Virus record (IMG/VR): IMGVR_UViG_3300020472_000028
Coordinates: 1 to 57,590 of that record
Reading direction: 5' to 3' (one strand)
DNA from: a virus
Lineage: Duplodnaviria; Caudoviricetes
DNA length: 57,590 nt
Shown: positions 27,077 to 36,312 of the stretch, piece after piece
Position numbering within the stretch: the stretch's first letter is position 1
Layout: every line of letters starts with the position of its first letter
The notes under the pieces: generated by a model
Databases searched by the model: none
Told to the model about the DNA's origin: nothing
Seen by the model: the letters and a program-made list of their open reading frames with translations, nothing else
Position numbers and translations under genes: made by a program

Positions 27077-27247
27077 ATGGGAAGGACATACAAACGTAAT
27101 GACCCCTATTCATCACATAGGGCGAAAAGTTTGAGAGAAAAGCGTAAACAATCCAAGACAAAGTATCGCAGGGAAAGTGACAACAATTCCACAGACTCTG
27201 TGGAAAAGTATCACAAATACCGCAACGATTTGCCCCCATCCGCCTAA
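27077..27247 (+). CDS. Small basic hypothetical protein
   Basis: MGRTYKRNDPYSSHRAKSLREKRKQSK...; directly after the promoter. Confidence 0.6.
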   Translation: MGRTYKRNDPYSSHRAKSLREKRKQSKTKYRRESDNNSTDSVEKYHKYRNDLPPSA

Positions 27248-27269
27248 CAACAACTTGCCCCTAATTGCC

Positions 27270-27440
27270 ATGTCTAAAGTAACAACGATCAACACTAATC
27301 CTCCAGTAGATGTTAAATTGTGGGAAACACGTAGGAAACACTTTTGGGCGTATAATTACGATGGATGTAATAAGAATGGTCCGTTTAAAAGCGAGAAGTT
27401 AGCATTACTAGACGCAACGCAATTTAGCAGCGATTCTTAA
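27270..27440 (+). CDS. Small hypothetical protein
   Basis: MSKVTTINTNPPVDVKLWE...NGPFKSE..AL.DA. Confidence 0.55.
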   Translation: MSKVTTINTNPPVDVKLWETRRKHFWAYNYDGCNKNGPFKSEKLALLDATQFSSDS

Positions 27441-27546
27441 CACATAGCACACACACAGTTGTTGATACTATAGGGGGACATATTACCCCCACTAATTAAC
27501 ACAAACTGTATACCCACTGATTAACAACAACTGTGTGTGGGTGTTA
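27438..27546. repeat. Perfect 15-bp inverted repeat enclosing a small hairpin
   Basis: CACACACAGTTGTTG (27450-27464) / CAACAACTGTGTGTG (27525-27539); inner GGGGG-N8-CCCCC. Confidence 0.8.
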
Positions 27547-27775
27547 GTATCACATAGAGCATGTAATCACCAGGTGCATTATTAACACAAACCGTGTAGG
27601 CACTATGTGTATATGAGCATGAGCATATTAGCATATGTTAAATAACAAATAGCGTATACACACAAAATGTTAATAAACAGTTATTAACTTTTCCACTATG
27701 TGTAACCTACAAAAGTATAGGATCGATATCAAAATATTTTTTCTAATATAAAAATTTTCCCATAGGTTTTTTTCA

Positions 27776-28255
27776 GTGTCAGAGTTTAATCAAAATCCCT
27801 TAGAGATCGCCCAAGAGAAATTAGAAGAGGAATACAAAGATCTCATAGGTCTCCCTTGGATTGGAAGGAGATATCCAGGTTGTTATAGAATTATTCAACT
27901 TTACGCTGAGAGTCGCCTTGGAAGGTCTCTGAAGGACTTCTCAGGGTTATATACATCCTTCAAGGATGAAGCAGTAGCAGAAGAGAATGGACTCTGGATA
28001 AGCAAACCAGAATGGGGAGAGGACTGGGATATGTCTATCTTACAAAAACATGATCTCCTATTGTTTAAGATATACACCGAAGCACTGGGTGGTGCCTACT
28101 CCGAGAAGGCGGGAAGGGCACCCAATCACGGTGGAGTTTACTTAGGGGATGGATGGATGATTCATCAGTTGTGGCAGACTGACAGTTGTATTGTGAGACT
28201 AGATGAGCACTATCGCAAGTGTTGTGTAGGTATAGTGAGGGAAAATGCTACATAA
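27776..28255 (+). CDS. NlpC/P60-like cysteine hydrolase
   Basis: IGLPW...GCY (Cys), DLLLF, NHGGVYLGDGWMIH (His, His); GTG start. Confidence 0.65.
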   Translation: MSEFNQNPLEIAQEKLEEEYKDLIGLPWIGRRYPGCYRIIQLYAESRLGRSLKDFSGLYTSFKDEAVAEENGLWISKPEWGEDWDMSILQKHDLLLFKIYTEALGGAYSEKAGRAPNHGGVYLGDGWMIHQLWQTDSCIVRLDEHYRKCCVGIVRENAT

Positions 28256-28280
28256 AGCAGATATACAAGTTAAGTATGAT

Positions 28281-28442
28281 ATGAAACGGTTTACCCTAAG
28301 AATCGAAGAAGATGACTTCGGAGAGAATTATATACACATCCCTGATGATGTCATGCGAGAATGTGGATGGGACATTGGCACCAACTTAGAGTATGAAGAA
28401 GAGACGGATGGAAGTATTATCTTGCATAAAATAGACGAATGA
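28281..28442 (+). CDS. AbrB/MazE/SpoVT-like small DNA-binding protein
   Basis: YIHIPDDVMRECGWDIGTNLEYEEETDGSIILHK swapped-hairpin pattern. Confidence 0.65.
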   Translation: MKRFTLRIEEDDFGENYIHIPDDVMRECGWDIGTNLEYEEETDGSIILHKIDE

Positions 28443-28507
28443 GATATAATCAGATCATGTTAACTATACTGGTTATAATAAACATCATTAACCTTATAAA
28501 AAATTAG
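28439..28507 (+). CDS. Possible 22-aa hydrophobic peptide (not in track)
   Basis: MRYNQIMLTILVIINIINLIKN; ATGA overlap with the upstream gene. Confidence 0.35.
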   Translation: MRYNQIMLTILVIINIINLIKN

Positions 28508-28534
28508 CGTCTAAAAAAATGGCGAATTCATATT

Positions 28535-28804
28535 ATGGAGACACCTCAGTTTAATAGCGACGAAGAATTCTTTGCTTGGACATTTGAAAAAATTAGCGAG
28601 TCGCTGACCAATCTTGCAAAGAGATTAGAGCAAGTAGAAGGGGGACTACAAAAAATCCCTCCTCCAGGCGCAGATATGGTTAAGTATAAACCTCCTGGTA
28701 GTCCGAAGTATCTTAATTTAAAGGAATTACTCGATACGGTATTTGCTGAGATGAATCATCTAGAGAATAGACTAAATAAGATAGAAGAAAAACTTAGTGA
28801 GTAA
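28535..28804 (+). CDS. Hypothetical coiled-coil protein preceding the baseplate genes
   Basis: Two helices around a MVKYKPPG...YLNLKELLD motif. Confidence 0.65.
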   Translation: METPQFNSDEEFFAWTFEKISESLTNLAKRLEQVEGGLQKIPPPGADMVKYKPPGSPKYLNLKELLDTVFAEMNHLENRLNKIEEKLSE

Positions 28805-31800
28805 TGCCAGCCTATATTCAGGAAACTGGTAGGAGCTTTCCTAATCCTATAAAGGGTGGCGGTTTCAATCAGGATTTTAAAAGACCTAGTAGCGGTAACT
28901 ATAGGACATCAGGAGACTATCCTGGTGTAGGTAGTGGCATGTCGTACGCAATTACCTTTGAGGATGGTGGTCCTGGTAGTCTCCCTATGGGAAAGGACGT
29001 AGTACATTATATTGGTGATGAAGAGCCTACTAATGTAAATTCTAGTGGAAATGAAAGAGCAGGTATATACAGATATTATAGGGCAGCAAAGGATGATCAC
29101 AAGTATACACGTGATCCACAGTTAATAAAGAGAGATTTCGGTTGCGAGAATGAATCGTGGCAGAAAGCAGCATCAGGTTATAACCCAGAGCCTAGGAGTG
29201 GTAAACCTGTGTTCTATATTATGATAGCGCAGGTAACTAATGCTATACCCCTTAAAGCATACTACTCTCATTGGCCCGATGATACACAACTCTGTGCTGG
29301 TACTAACGTGCCTACAGGGTTATCTGGTGTAGGTTGTGGTAAAAACAAATATAAGGAAGTAGATACTCTAGGGTATGTCTTTGCTACAGAGGCAGAAGCA
29401 CAAGCATACTGCTCACCTGGAGAGACTCCTGCACCCATCTATGAGTATTTGCATCCTGACCCTGATCATTTCTATACTATAGACCCTTCAGTTGAAGTGC
29501 GTCTAGCAGATAATAGTCCTATTCCACCCAAGGAGTCATTAGATAAGTCATACTCCTACCTGGGGATCATAGGATGGGCATTCAAGACACGTGCGTTAGA
29601 TAGTCCAACTGATCTCATCCTTGATATTGGTAAGATTGGACCTACTGGACAGAATATTAATAAGAGTGGATGGTATGACTATACTTTTGGTAGTCAAGCA
29701 ACTTGGAATGGCATTGTAAATGGTATGGGTGCATGGACTGAGTTCATGTATCGTCAGATGCGTGATAGTGGTGGTAATAATATAGAAGGTCCACCTAATG
29801 TTAATGGATGGGGATGGCCTGATAACGTAGACATATTAGATAACGAAGCACTATTCGAGTGGAGTTACGGTCTGAGTGGTGCCGTAAAGGGTGCTGTACC
29901 CCGTTTCCTTGGATTCGAGGATATGTATGACTCCCAGTTTATATTTTACCTATATGATACGACTTATCCTTGGAATGGTCCTATATTCTCCTCACAGTAT
30001 ATCCTGAGTAATGCTCAGTGTTGTCCTAATACTACTGACCCTGAAGGATGTCCTCAATGCGCTCCTGTGTGGACATATCATAGTCATTACTATGAGATCA
30101 ACTCTGATGTATGGAATACTACTCAGACTAAGCTCTCCCTACATGATGCTAGTAGTGCAGGTGTGAATGAATCATTCTGGACTGTAGATACTACTACTCC
30201 TATCATATTCTTCCGTTACTTAACACGGACTGGTGACTTTGGTCCAGGTGAAAAGATTAACGGTTGGGATGTAGTATCCGTCTATTACTTCGGTGATGAG
30301 CTCAAGTGCGGAATAATGGAGCTTACTTGGGATAATAGTAGAGATAATCTGTGGTATGTTAACCCTGCTTGCATAGCCTGGCGGTTAACTACCGTAGGTG
30401 CTGTGGAGATAGCTACCTCACTTTCGGAGAAAGGGTCATGGGTACACATAGGTGCACCCACTAATACCGCAGTACCTTGGTCACAGTTGATGAAGGATTA
30501 CAGTATATACCCAGTTAAACCCGCAGATGACGCAGAAGATCCTCATATGGATGTGTGGCAAGTGCATACTGCGACAGTTACTATACCTAGTAACGGAGAC
30601 TACTCTATAGCAATAGAGTCTGATAACTACGGATACCTTAAGATTACTGACTCTAGTAGCAATGTCCTTATAGATCAGGAGATCTCCTATCAAAGTGGTA
30701 TGGGTACTCAGATATTCCCTATGACACTTGCAGCAGGTAATTACACTATAGAGAGTAGAGTTAAGAATATTGAAAGAACTACAGAGCCTGCTCCGTTTAC
30801 ATATCAAGAGCAGTTTACATCTAGTGATGGTGGTACTGCACAGATACTGGCGGGATATGGTATACCTAATAAGTCTGCATTCTGCGGGACATATGAATTC
30901 CCTAAGAAGATATCATACTGGAAGGTAGAGATAGATCCTAAAGCACTCATTCCACGACGCACTATGGATGAGGCGAAACTAGAAGCAATAGTTGGAGATG
31001 ACGGAGAAATTAAATCAGTCCATATCCTCAATGGTGGTAGAGGGTACGTAAAACCAATAATACAGGTTATGGATCCGCAAGGATTAGATGACTTCTCTCC
31101 TAATGATACATCTGACTTTATGGCAGATAAGTTAGGAATGGATCCTGATGCAGAGAAAGCAATAGCAGACCCTGATAAGGAAGATACATCTATGTCTACA
31201 ATGGACATGAAGACTCACTCAAGGGTATGGAAGTCCTCTACAGAGTCTGTAGACGCAGAGGATAAGAATAAGGATGTATACAGATTGAAGAGGGCAGAAG
31301 TTGAGATATCACAGTTAGATGATGAAGGTATAATCAGAGCAGTGCGGGTTGTAGACCCAGGCGCAGGATATAGTCAGGCAAATAATGTTTTAGTGCATGT
31401 AGTTGATCCTGAGCAAATACAATTTGAGGGTGTTAAGGATAAGGATGGTAATTATGCAGCAGGTGGTGCAGAAGTAGAGCAAGCTGCAGAGAATATGGAT
31501 AAGGCATGGGATCATACCTTTGAGAAGAAGGATGTAGTGTATGGTGTCAGGGATGAGGCAACTATGGATGATTATTCTATGCAACCTCTATCTGCATCTA
31601 TGGATCCTATGACTAGGAGTATAGTTAAGGAGTCTATGAAGAATTCTGCTGAAGTGCCAGCGAATAATGCGACTCAGGTTTCCGTAACTGTACCAGATAG
31701 TTACATAAGAGCAGCAGGTGATGGTATAGATGATGATGTAACTAAACTATGCTTCAATCTACCAGCAGAATGTATTGAGGTTAGTGGTAGTGCAAATATG

Positions 31801-32940
31801 AAAGCGGGTATGCCAGATGCAGAGCAGTTTGAATATGTTGCTGCAAATGAGTCTGGTGTACAAGAGTTCCAAGACGGAGCAATGGGATACGCATTAGCAG
31901 CAGTTGATCAGGCAGATACCTTTGGTACTAATATGTCACACTTGTATGGTCCTTTTGGACAAGATAAGTGTATAGAGATGATTCAACCTAAGTTGTATAA
32001 TATTACACGGTGGTTTGATATGCCGTGCGCTTACTTAGATACTAATGAAGAGGGTGAGCGTAAAGCATTCGGATGGTTACCATATAAGTATTGCGCTTCT
32101 AAAGAAAAGGAAGCTACATTCAGAGTATCAATGGAAATAGACGGATATGTTGGTGGTAGTCAAGGACCAGCATTCATGGATTTCCTTAAAGATATGCCAG
32201 TGCCATACTTAATGGAGAAGAGACCTATAACTACTAATGCTGGAGAGAAAACATGGAAGTGTAAGCGGAGTAGTATAGATGGTAGATGTTACCGTGACCC
32301 CCAAGACCCTGGCAACATGGTATTTGTACCTGTTGGTCTTGATGAAAACACTTATGATTACAATAGGTCTAACTATACTGAGTTAGAGCAATTGCAGATG
32401 TGGGCTGGTCAGAATATCACTAGTAGTCAAGCAGTGCAGACATGGTTAGGACACCCCACAGCAAATGATCCAGCAGGTACTCCGCATTCTGTAGATTATA
32501 CTGCATTAACCGTATCAAGTTGTTCCAGCGGTGTACCACCTAATGAATGTTGGGATACATACGTGCGGGGAGTGGTTGCTAATGATGGACCTCTTACTGT
32601 GTATAGTGGGTATGATGCTAATGGTAATGGTCAAGCAGGAAGTACATATTGTAATGTTTCTGAGCTGCATGGTAACTCCTGTCTAGCACTAGATAAATGT
32701 ATGGATGCTTCTATTGCTATTAATCCTCAACGTATAACTGGATCTGGTGCAAACGCTACAATGAATATGGGTGCTTATAATGGAATCATGGCAGTTAGGA
32801 ATTATTTGTCAGGTGGAGTCATAGCATTGGGTAGAGCATTAAGAAACTATGGTAACCCATACTTTGATGAGTGCAGTGAGGAGAATTCCTGGACTGACGG
32901 TGAATCACTTAATGATATAGTATTCCCTAAGAGGTTATAA
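28804..32940 (+). CDS. Large virion/baseplate-hub-associated protein (1378 aa)
   Basis: Upstream of PAAR/gp25; CTAAATA at 28772; YRYY...DH.YT repeats, PA14-like segment (YSIAIESDNYGYL), I.NGG.GY repeats. Confidence 0.65.
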   Translation: MPAYIQETGRSFPNPIKGGGFNQDFKRPSSGNYRTSGDYPGVGSGMSYAITFEDGGPGSLPMGKDVVHYIGDEEPTNVNSSGNERAGIYRYYRAAKDDHKYTRDPQLIKRDFGCENESWQKAASGYNPEPRSGKPVFYIMIAQVTNAIPLKAYYSHWPDDTQLCAGTNVPTGLSGVGCGKNKYKEVDTLGYVFATEAEAQAYCSPGETPAPIYEYLHPDPDHFYTIDPSVEVRLADNSPIPPKESLDKSYSYLGIIGWAFKTRALDSPTDLILDIGKIGPTGQNINKSGWYDYTFGSQATWNGIVNGMGAWTEFMYRQMRDSGGNNIEGPPNVNGWGWPDNVDILDNEALFEWSYGLSGAVKGAVPRFLGFEDMYDSQFIFYLYDTTYPWNGPIFSSQYILSNAQCCPNTTDPEGCPQCAPVWTYHSHYYEINSDVWNTTQTKLSLHDASSAGVNESFWTVDTTTPIIFFRYLTRTGDFGPGEKINGWDVVSVYYFGDELKCGIMELTWDNSRDNLWYVNPACIAWRLTTVGAVEIATSLSEKGSWVHIGAPTNTAVPWSQLMKDYSIYPVKPADDAEDPHMDVWQVHTATVTIPSNGDYSIAIESDNYGYLKITDSSSNVLIDQEISYQSGMGTQIFPMTLAAGNYTIESRVKNIERTTEPAPFTYQEQFTSSDGGTAQILAGYGIPNKSAFCGTYEFPKKISYWKVEIDPKALIPRRTMDEAKLEAIVGDDGEIKSVHILNGGRGYVKPIIQVMDPQGLDDFSPNDTSDFMADKLGMDPDAEKAIADPDKEDTSMSTMDMKTHSRVWKSSTESVDAEDKNKDVYRLKRAEVEISQLDDEGIIRAVRVVDPGAGYSQANNVLVHVVDPEQIQFEGVKDKDGNYAAGGAEVEQAAENMDKAWDHTFEKKDVVYGVRDEATMDDYSMQPLSASMDPMTRSIVKESMKNSAEVPANNATQVSVTVPDSYIRAAGDGIDDDVTKLCFNLPAECIEVSGSANMKAGMPDAEQFEYVAANESGVQEFQDGAMGYALAAVDQADTFGTNMSHLYGPFGQDKCIEMIQPKLYNITRWFDMPCAYLDTNEEGERKAFGWLPYKYCASKEKEATFRVSMEIDGYVGGSQGPAFMDFLKDMPVPYLMEKRPITTNAGEKTWKCKRSSIDGRCYRDPQDPGNMVFVPVGLDENTYDYNRSNYTELEQLQMWAGQNITSSQAVQTWLGHPTANDPAGTPHSVDYTALTVSSCSSGVPPNECWDTYVRGVVANDGPLTVYSGYDANGNGQAGSTYCNVSELHGNSCLALDKCMDASIAINPQRITGSGANATMNMGAYNGIMAVRNYLSGGVIALGRALRNYGNPYFDECSEENSWTDGESLNDIVFPKRL

Positions 32941-32941
32941 T

Positions 32942-33475
32942 ATGGCATTTGGAGCACTATTACCAGTATCATCTCTAAACGGACTACCTTGTAGTGGTCA
33001 TGGATTGTGTTTACCATCCACTATCCACTCTGTACAAGCGTGTGGCACCCCTCCAATCCCCTACAGCATAGTCATTAAGGAATATACCTGTTGGTGGCCT
33101 CCTCAACCCTTAATTCCTATATTCCCTGTTACTCCTTATAGGGCAACTGTGCAGGTAAATCGTATTCCTATCATGTTACATGGGGATACCTTCACTCCAC
33201 ATATAGCGGTATGTACTAATATTGTTGTATACATGTGTCCTTGTGGTAAAGCGATGTGTCCAACACCCACTCCGATCCCTTGCAGCACCCTTACAATTGA
33301 AGATGGAGGTGGTGTAGGGCATACTAGAATTCTTATGGCAACAACTTTAACCGTATTTGCTCTGAAATTACCAATTGCACGTATTCTAGATCCCCTAGGA
33401 GTTGGATTTTCAGGGTTTAGTTACCCTTGTTCATCTGTAGTTGCGTGGGGACATGCAACTGTGCTATCATCATAG
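32942..33475 (+). CDS. PAAR-like spike-tip protein (T4 gp5.4-like)
   Basis: TVQVNRIPIMLHGD...H, H.R......TVFALKLPIARILD...CSSVVAWGHATV. Confidence 0.75.
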   Translation: MAFGALLPVSSLNGLPCSGHGLCLPSTIHSVQACGTPPIPYSIVIKEYTCWWPPQPLIPIFPVTPYRATVQVNRIPIMLHGDTFTPHIAVCTNIVVYMCPCGKAMCPTPTPIPCSTLTIEDGGGVGHTRILMATTLTVFALKLPIARILDPLGVGFSGFSYPCSSVVAWGHATVLSS

Positions 33476-33492
33476 TAGTTTATTCAATAAAA

Positions 33493-33630
33493 ATGGCATT
33501 ATACTCTGGAAATAGTGACTACATTAAGCCTCCAGCAAAGAAAACAAGGCAAGGTACTTCTAAAAACACAAAAATAAGTGCTACCTCACGTAATGGAGCA
33601 CAAAAAAGGTATAGGGGTCAAGGAAAATAG
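33493..33630 (+). CDS. Small basic protein conserved in T4-like baseplate regions
   Basis: KKTRQG.SKNTK.SATSRN...KRYRGQGK. Confidence 0.7.
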   Translation: MALYSGNSDYIKPPAKKTRQGTSKNTKISATSRNGAQKRYRGQGK

Positions 33631-33641
33631 TCGGTAAACCC

Positions 33642-33649
33642 TATAAATA
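33642..33649 (+). promoter_or_regulatory. T4-type late promoter TATAAATA
   Basis: Exact consensus; a second GATAAATA lies at 33765-33772 before gp25. Confidence 0.7.
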
Positions 33650-33668
33650 AATAAAATAGCTCAATAAA

Positions 33669-33851
33669 ATGTCTCCGAGACCAGAGCGACCTGTCGATAT
33701 GTCCGATTCCTTTAAGGAAAACGGTTGGGAATACTGTAAATACTTAATTACTGACCCAAGATGTGATAAATATCTTAGTAATAGTAGAGAAGAATGCCCT
33801 CCTACAGGTTCAGATCTGAAAAATACGTCAGCAGAGGATTCAAGGACTTAG
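33669..33851 (+). CDS. Small hypothetical protein
   Basis: Directly after the late promoter; contains YLITDPRCDKYL; overlaps the start of gp25. Confidence 0.45.
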   Translation: MSPRPERPVDMSDSFKENGWEYCKYLITDPRCDKYLSNSREECPPTGSDLKNTSAEDSRT

Positions 33852-34207
33852 CAGTTTCTTTTAATGCTAACCCCTCAACTGGCGATTTTGGTGTGGTTAA
33901 GAATGAGAATGCTATAAAGCAGTCTGTTCGTAACCTCATTTTAACTATGTTCGGAGAAAGACCATTTCAACCTACTATTGGGTCTAGGGTTAAGATGCTT
34001 TTATTCGAGCCATGGGATCCATTCGCAGTAGATACCATTAAAAGTGAGATATTTAACTGTATCAAACGACTAGAACCACGTGTTGAATGCACAGGAGTCG
34101 GACTTCGTGATGAAAATGATATAAATTCAGTCCATATTTCGATAGATTACACTATTGTTGGTCAGCAAGAAGTGCAAAACGTCGATTTTCTCCTAGAGAA
34201 AGCATAA
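33794..34207 (+). CDS. gp25: Baseplate wedge subunit gp25
   Basis: AIKQSVRNLILT..GERPFQP.IGS...LLFE...I...EPRV. Confidence 0.93.
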   Translation: MPSYRFRSEKYVSRGFKDLAVSFNANPSTGDFGVVKNENAIKQSVRNLILTMFGERPFQPTIGSRVKMLLFEPWDPFAVDTIKSEIFNCIKRLEPRVECTGVGLRDENDINSVHISIDYTIVGQQEVQNVDFLLEKA

Positions 34208-34208
34208 A

Positions 34209-36308
34209 ATGTCAGCAATTCCATCCCAGTTAACGTCGTTAGACTTCTTTGAGATCAAAGAATCGATCAGATCGTACCTTCGGACTCGAAAAGAGTTTAC
34301 CGATTACGATTTTGAGGGTAGTTCTGCATCATACCTGATTGATATTCTAGCATATAACACATATTATACAGCATTTAACGCTAACATGGCGTTAAACGAA
34401 GCATTTTTAGAAACTGCAACGGTCAGAGACAACATTGTAAGGATCGCAAAGCAGTTAAATTACACTCCTAGGTCAATTAAGGCACCTAGAGCATGTGTCA
34501 AACTCCTTGCACAGACTAGTATTGGACTAAATGGCACTAGTTTCCCAGAATTTGCTACCTTGAAGAAGGGTGATGTCTTTGTAGCAGACAATGATTTCGA
34601 TTCTTATACGTTTGCATTGACTCAGGACATCCAAGTGCCTGTAGATAGTGGCACTGGACTAGCAACTTTTGATAATGTGCTTGTATATCAAGGTAATTTA
34701 CTAACCTATAACTACACAGTTGATTATACAGCACGTCAGGACTACATTATTCCTGATGAAAATGTAGATACGGGACTTTTGACCGTAGATATCTCTCCAA
34801 CTGAGCAATCTTCAGAGACAGATACCTATAGTCCTGCTACAAATGTAACAAATGCTGATGGAACTTCCAGAATTTACTATTTGGAAGAGACTGATGACAT
34901 GAGATACCGTCTAGTTTTCGGAGATGGGTCAATTGGACGTAAATTAATCGATGGTGAGTACATAAGAGTCTCATATGTGTCTACAGATGGGGTTGAAGCT
35001 AACGGTGCGAAGGGATTTAACTTCATTGGCACTGTTTTAGACAGTGATTTACGTGTTGTAAGTCCAAATGCCATTAGTTTGACTACTAAAGACGCTGCTC
35101 AAGACGGTGAAGATCGTGAAACATCACTTTCAGTCAAGTTTAGAGCACCTAGAGCGTATGCAACCCAAAATAGGGCGGTTACTGAGAATGATTTCGAGCA
35201 TATTGTCTCTGAGATCTATCCTCAAGCAGCATCTGTAACTGCTTTTGGTGGAGAGAAGTTAAATCCACCGATTTATGGGAAGGTCTATGTTGCAATTAGA
35301 CCAAAAACAGGAAATAAGCTGAATGCAACGACAAAACAGAAGATTAAGAAGGACTTATTGAAGTATTCCATTGCTTCTATCGAGCCAGTCATCATTGACC
35401 CAACTATTTTCTACGTTTTACCGAAATCTTACGTTTATTACAATGGAAATGACACTAGTTTGACTGGTGCACAACTTGGAACTAAGATTTTACAAGGAAT
35501 CGACGCATTTAACAAAAATGGTCAAACAAATAGGTTTGGAAACCGTTTAGACGGGTCTAAATTCGGTGCAATGGTTGATAGTAGTGATCCTGCCATTTCT
35601 GGTAACGTCACTCAGATGACTTTAGGTCAAAATATCGACCAATTTGCTTTTGGGCAAGTTTTCACCCAATGTTTAGATTTTGGTAACCCACTTTATGATC
35701 CAAACAGCTATTCTGGGTCTCCAGATGGTGATGATGACGATGGAACTGGTGGAAAGTGTAAACCATCCTTTTCAGTTGTTAAATCAGGGACATTTTATGC
35801 CACTGGTTACACAGAAGACCTTGTAAACCTTACTTTGAGTGATGGGACGACTTCTGCACAGGTTGCAACCCCAGGAATCTCCACAAGTACCGCAAATCAA
35901 GTTTTGGTACCTGTAAACATCAGAGATGATGGTCGTGGAAACCTAATTATGGTTACCACACGGGATGAGACCGAATTAACCCTTAACCCTTCAGTAGGCA
36001 GCGTTAATTATGCTAGTGGTCAAGTCTGTGTTGGTCCTGTAGCAATTCAGGGCACCCCAGATGGCACTGAGAGACTACCAATTCAGGTATTACCTGCTGG
36101 TGGATCAATTTCAGTCCCACCAGGAGTAGATCCTACAATATTCAACCCTCAAGTCAATCCAATTGACTATACAATCAACGATGTGTCAATCCCGACCTTC
36201 GATCCCAATAACTTTAGTGGTTATAATTACGGTGATACAACTGGGATAAATATCATTGATTATCCAACAGATAGTTTCGACTATCCAGTCAGCGAATCCT
36301 GTTTCTAA
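34209..36308 (+). CDS. gp6: Baseplate wedge subunit gp6
   Basis: LDFFEIK...FTDYDFEGS...LAYNTYY.AFNANM..NE.FL.TA.VR.N; FGDG.IG; QNRAVT.NDF. Confidence 0.95.
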   Translation: MSAIPSQLTSLDFFEIKESIRSYLRTRKEFTDYDFEGSSASYLIDILAYNTYYTAFNANMALNEAFLETATVRDNIVRIAKQLNYTPRSIKAPRACVKLLAQTSIGLNGTSFPEFATLKKGDVFVADNDFDSYTFALTQDIQVPVDSGTGLATFDNVLVYQGNLLTYNYTVDYTARQDYIIPDENVDTGLLTVDISPTEQSSETDTYSPATNVTNADGTSRIYYLEETDDMRYRLVFGDGSIGRKLIDGEYIRVSYVSTDGVEANGAKGFNFIGTVLDSDLRVVSPNAISLTTKDAAQDGEDRETSLSVKFRAPRAYATQNRAVTENDFEHIVSEIYPQAASVTAFGGEKLNPPIYGKVYVAIRPKTGNKLNATTKQKIKKDLLKYSIASIEPVIIDPTIFYVLPKSYVYYNGNDTSLTGAQLGTKILQGIDAFNKNGQTNRFGNRLDGSKFGAMVDSSDPAISGNVTQMTLGQNIDQFAFGQVFTQCLDFGNPLYDPNSYSGSPDGDDDDGTGGKCKPSFSVVKSGTFYATGYTEDLVNLTLSDGTTSAQVATPGISTSTANQVLVPVNIRDDGRGNLIMVTTRDETELTLNPSVGSVNYASGQVCVGPVAIQGTPDGTERLPIQVLPAGGSISVPPGVDPTIFNPQVNPIDYTINDVSIPTFDPNNFSGYNYGDTTGINIIDYPTDSFDYPVSESCF

Positions 36309-36312
36309 GTAG

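Larger units (their letters stand above)
26825..27697. promoter_or_regulatory. Cluster of DnaA-box-like 9-mers
   Basis: TTTTCCACA at 26846, TGTGGATAA at 26869, TGTGGAAAA at 27199; mismatched copies at 26825, 27185, 27319 and 27689. Confidence 0.5.
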
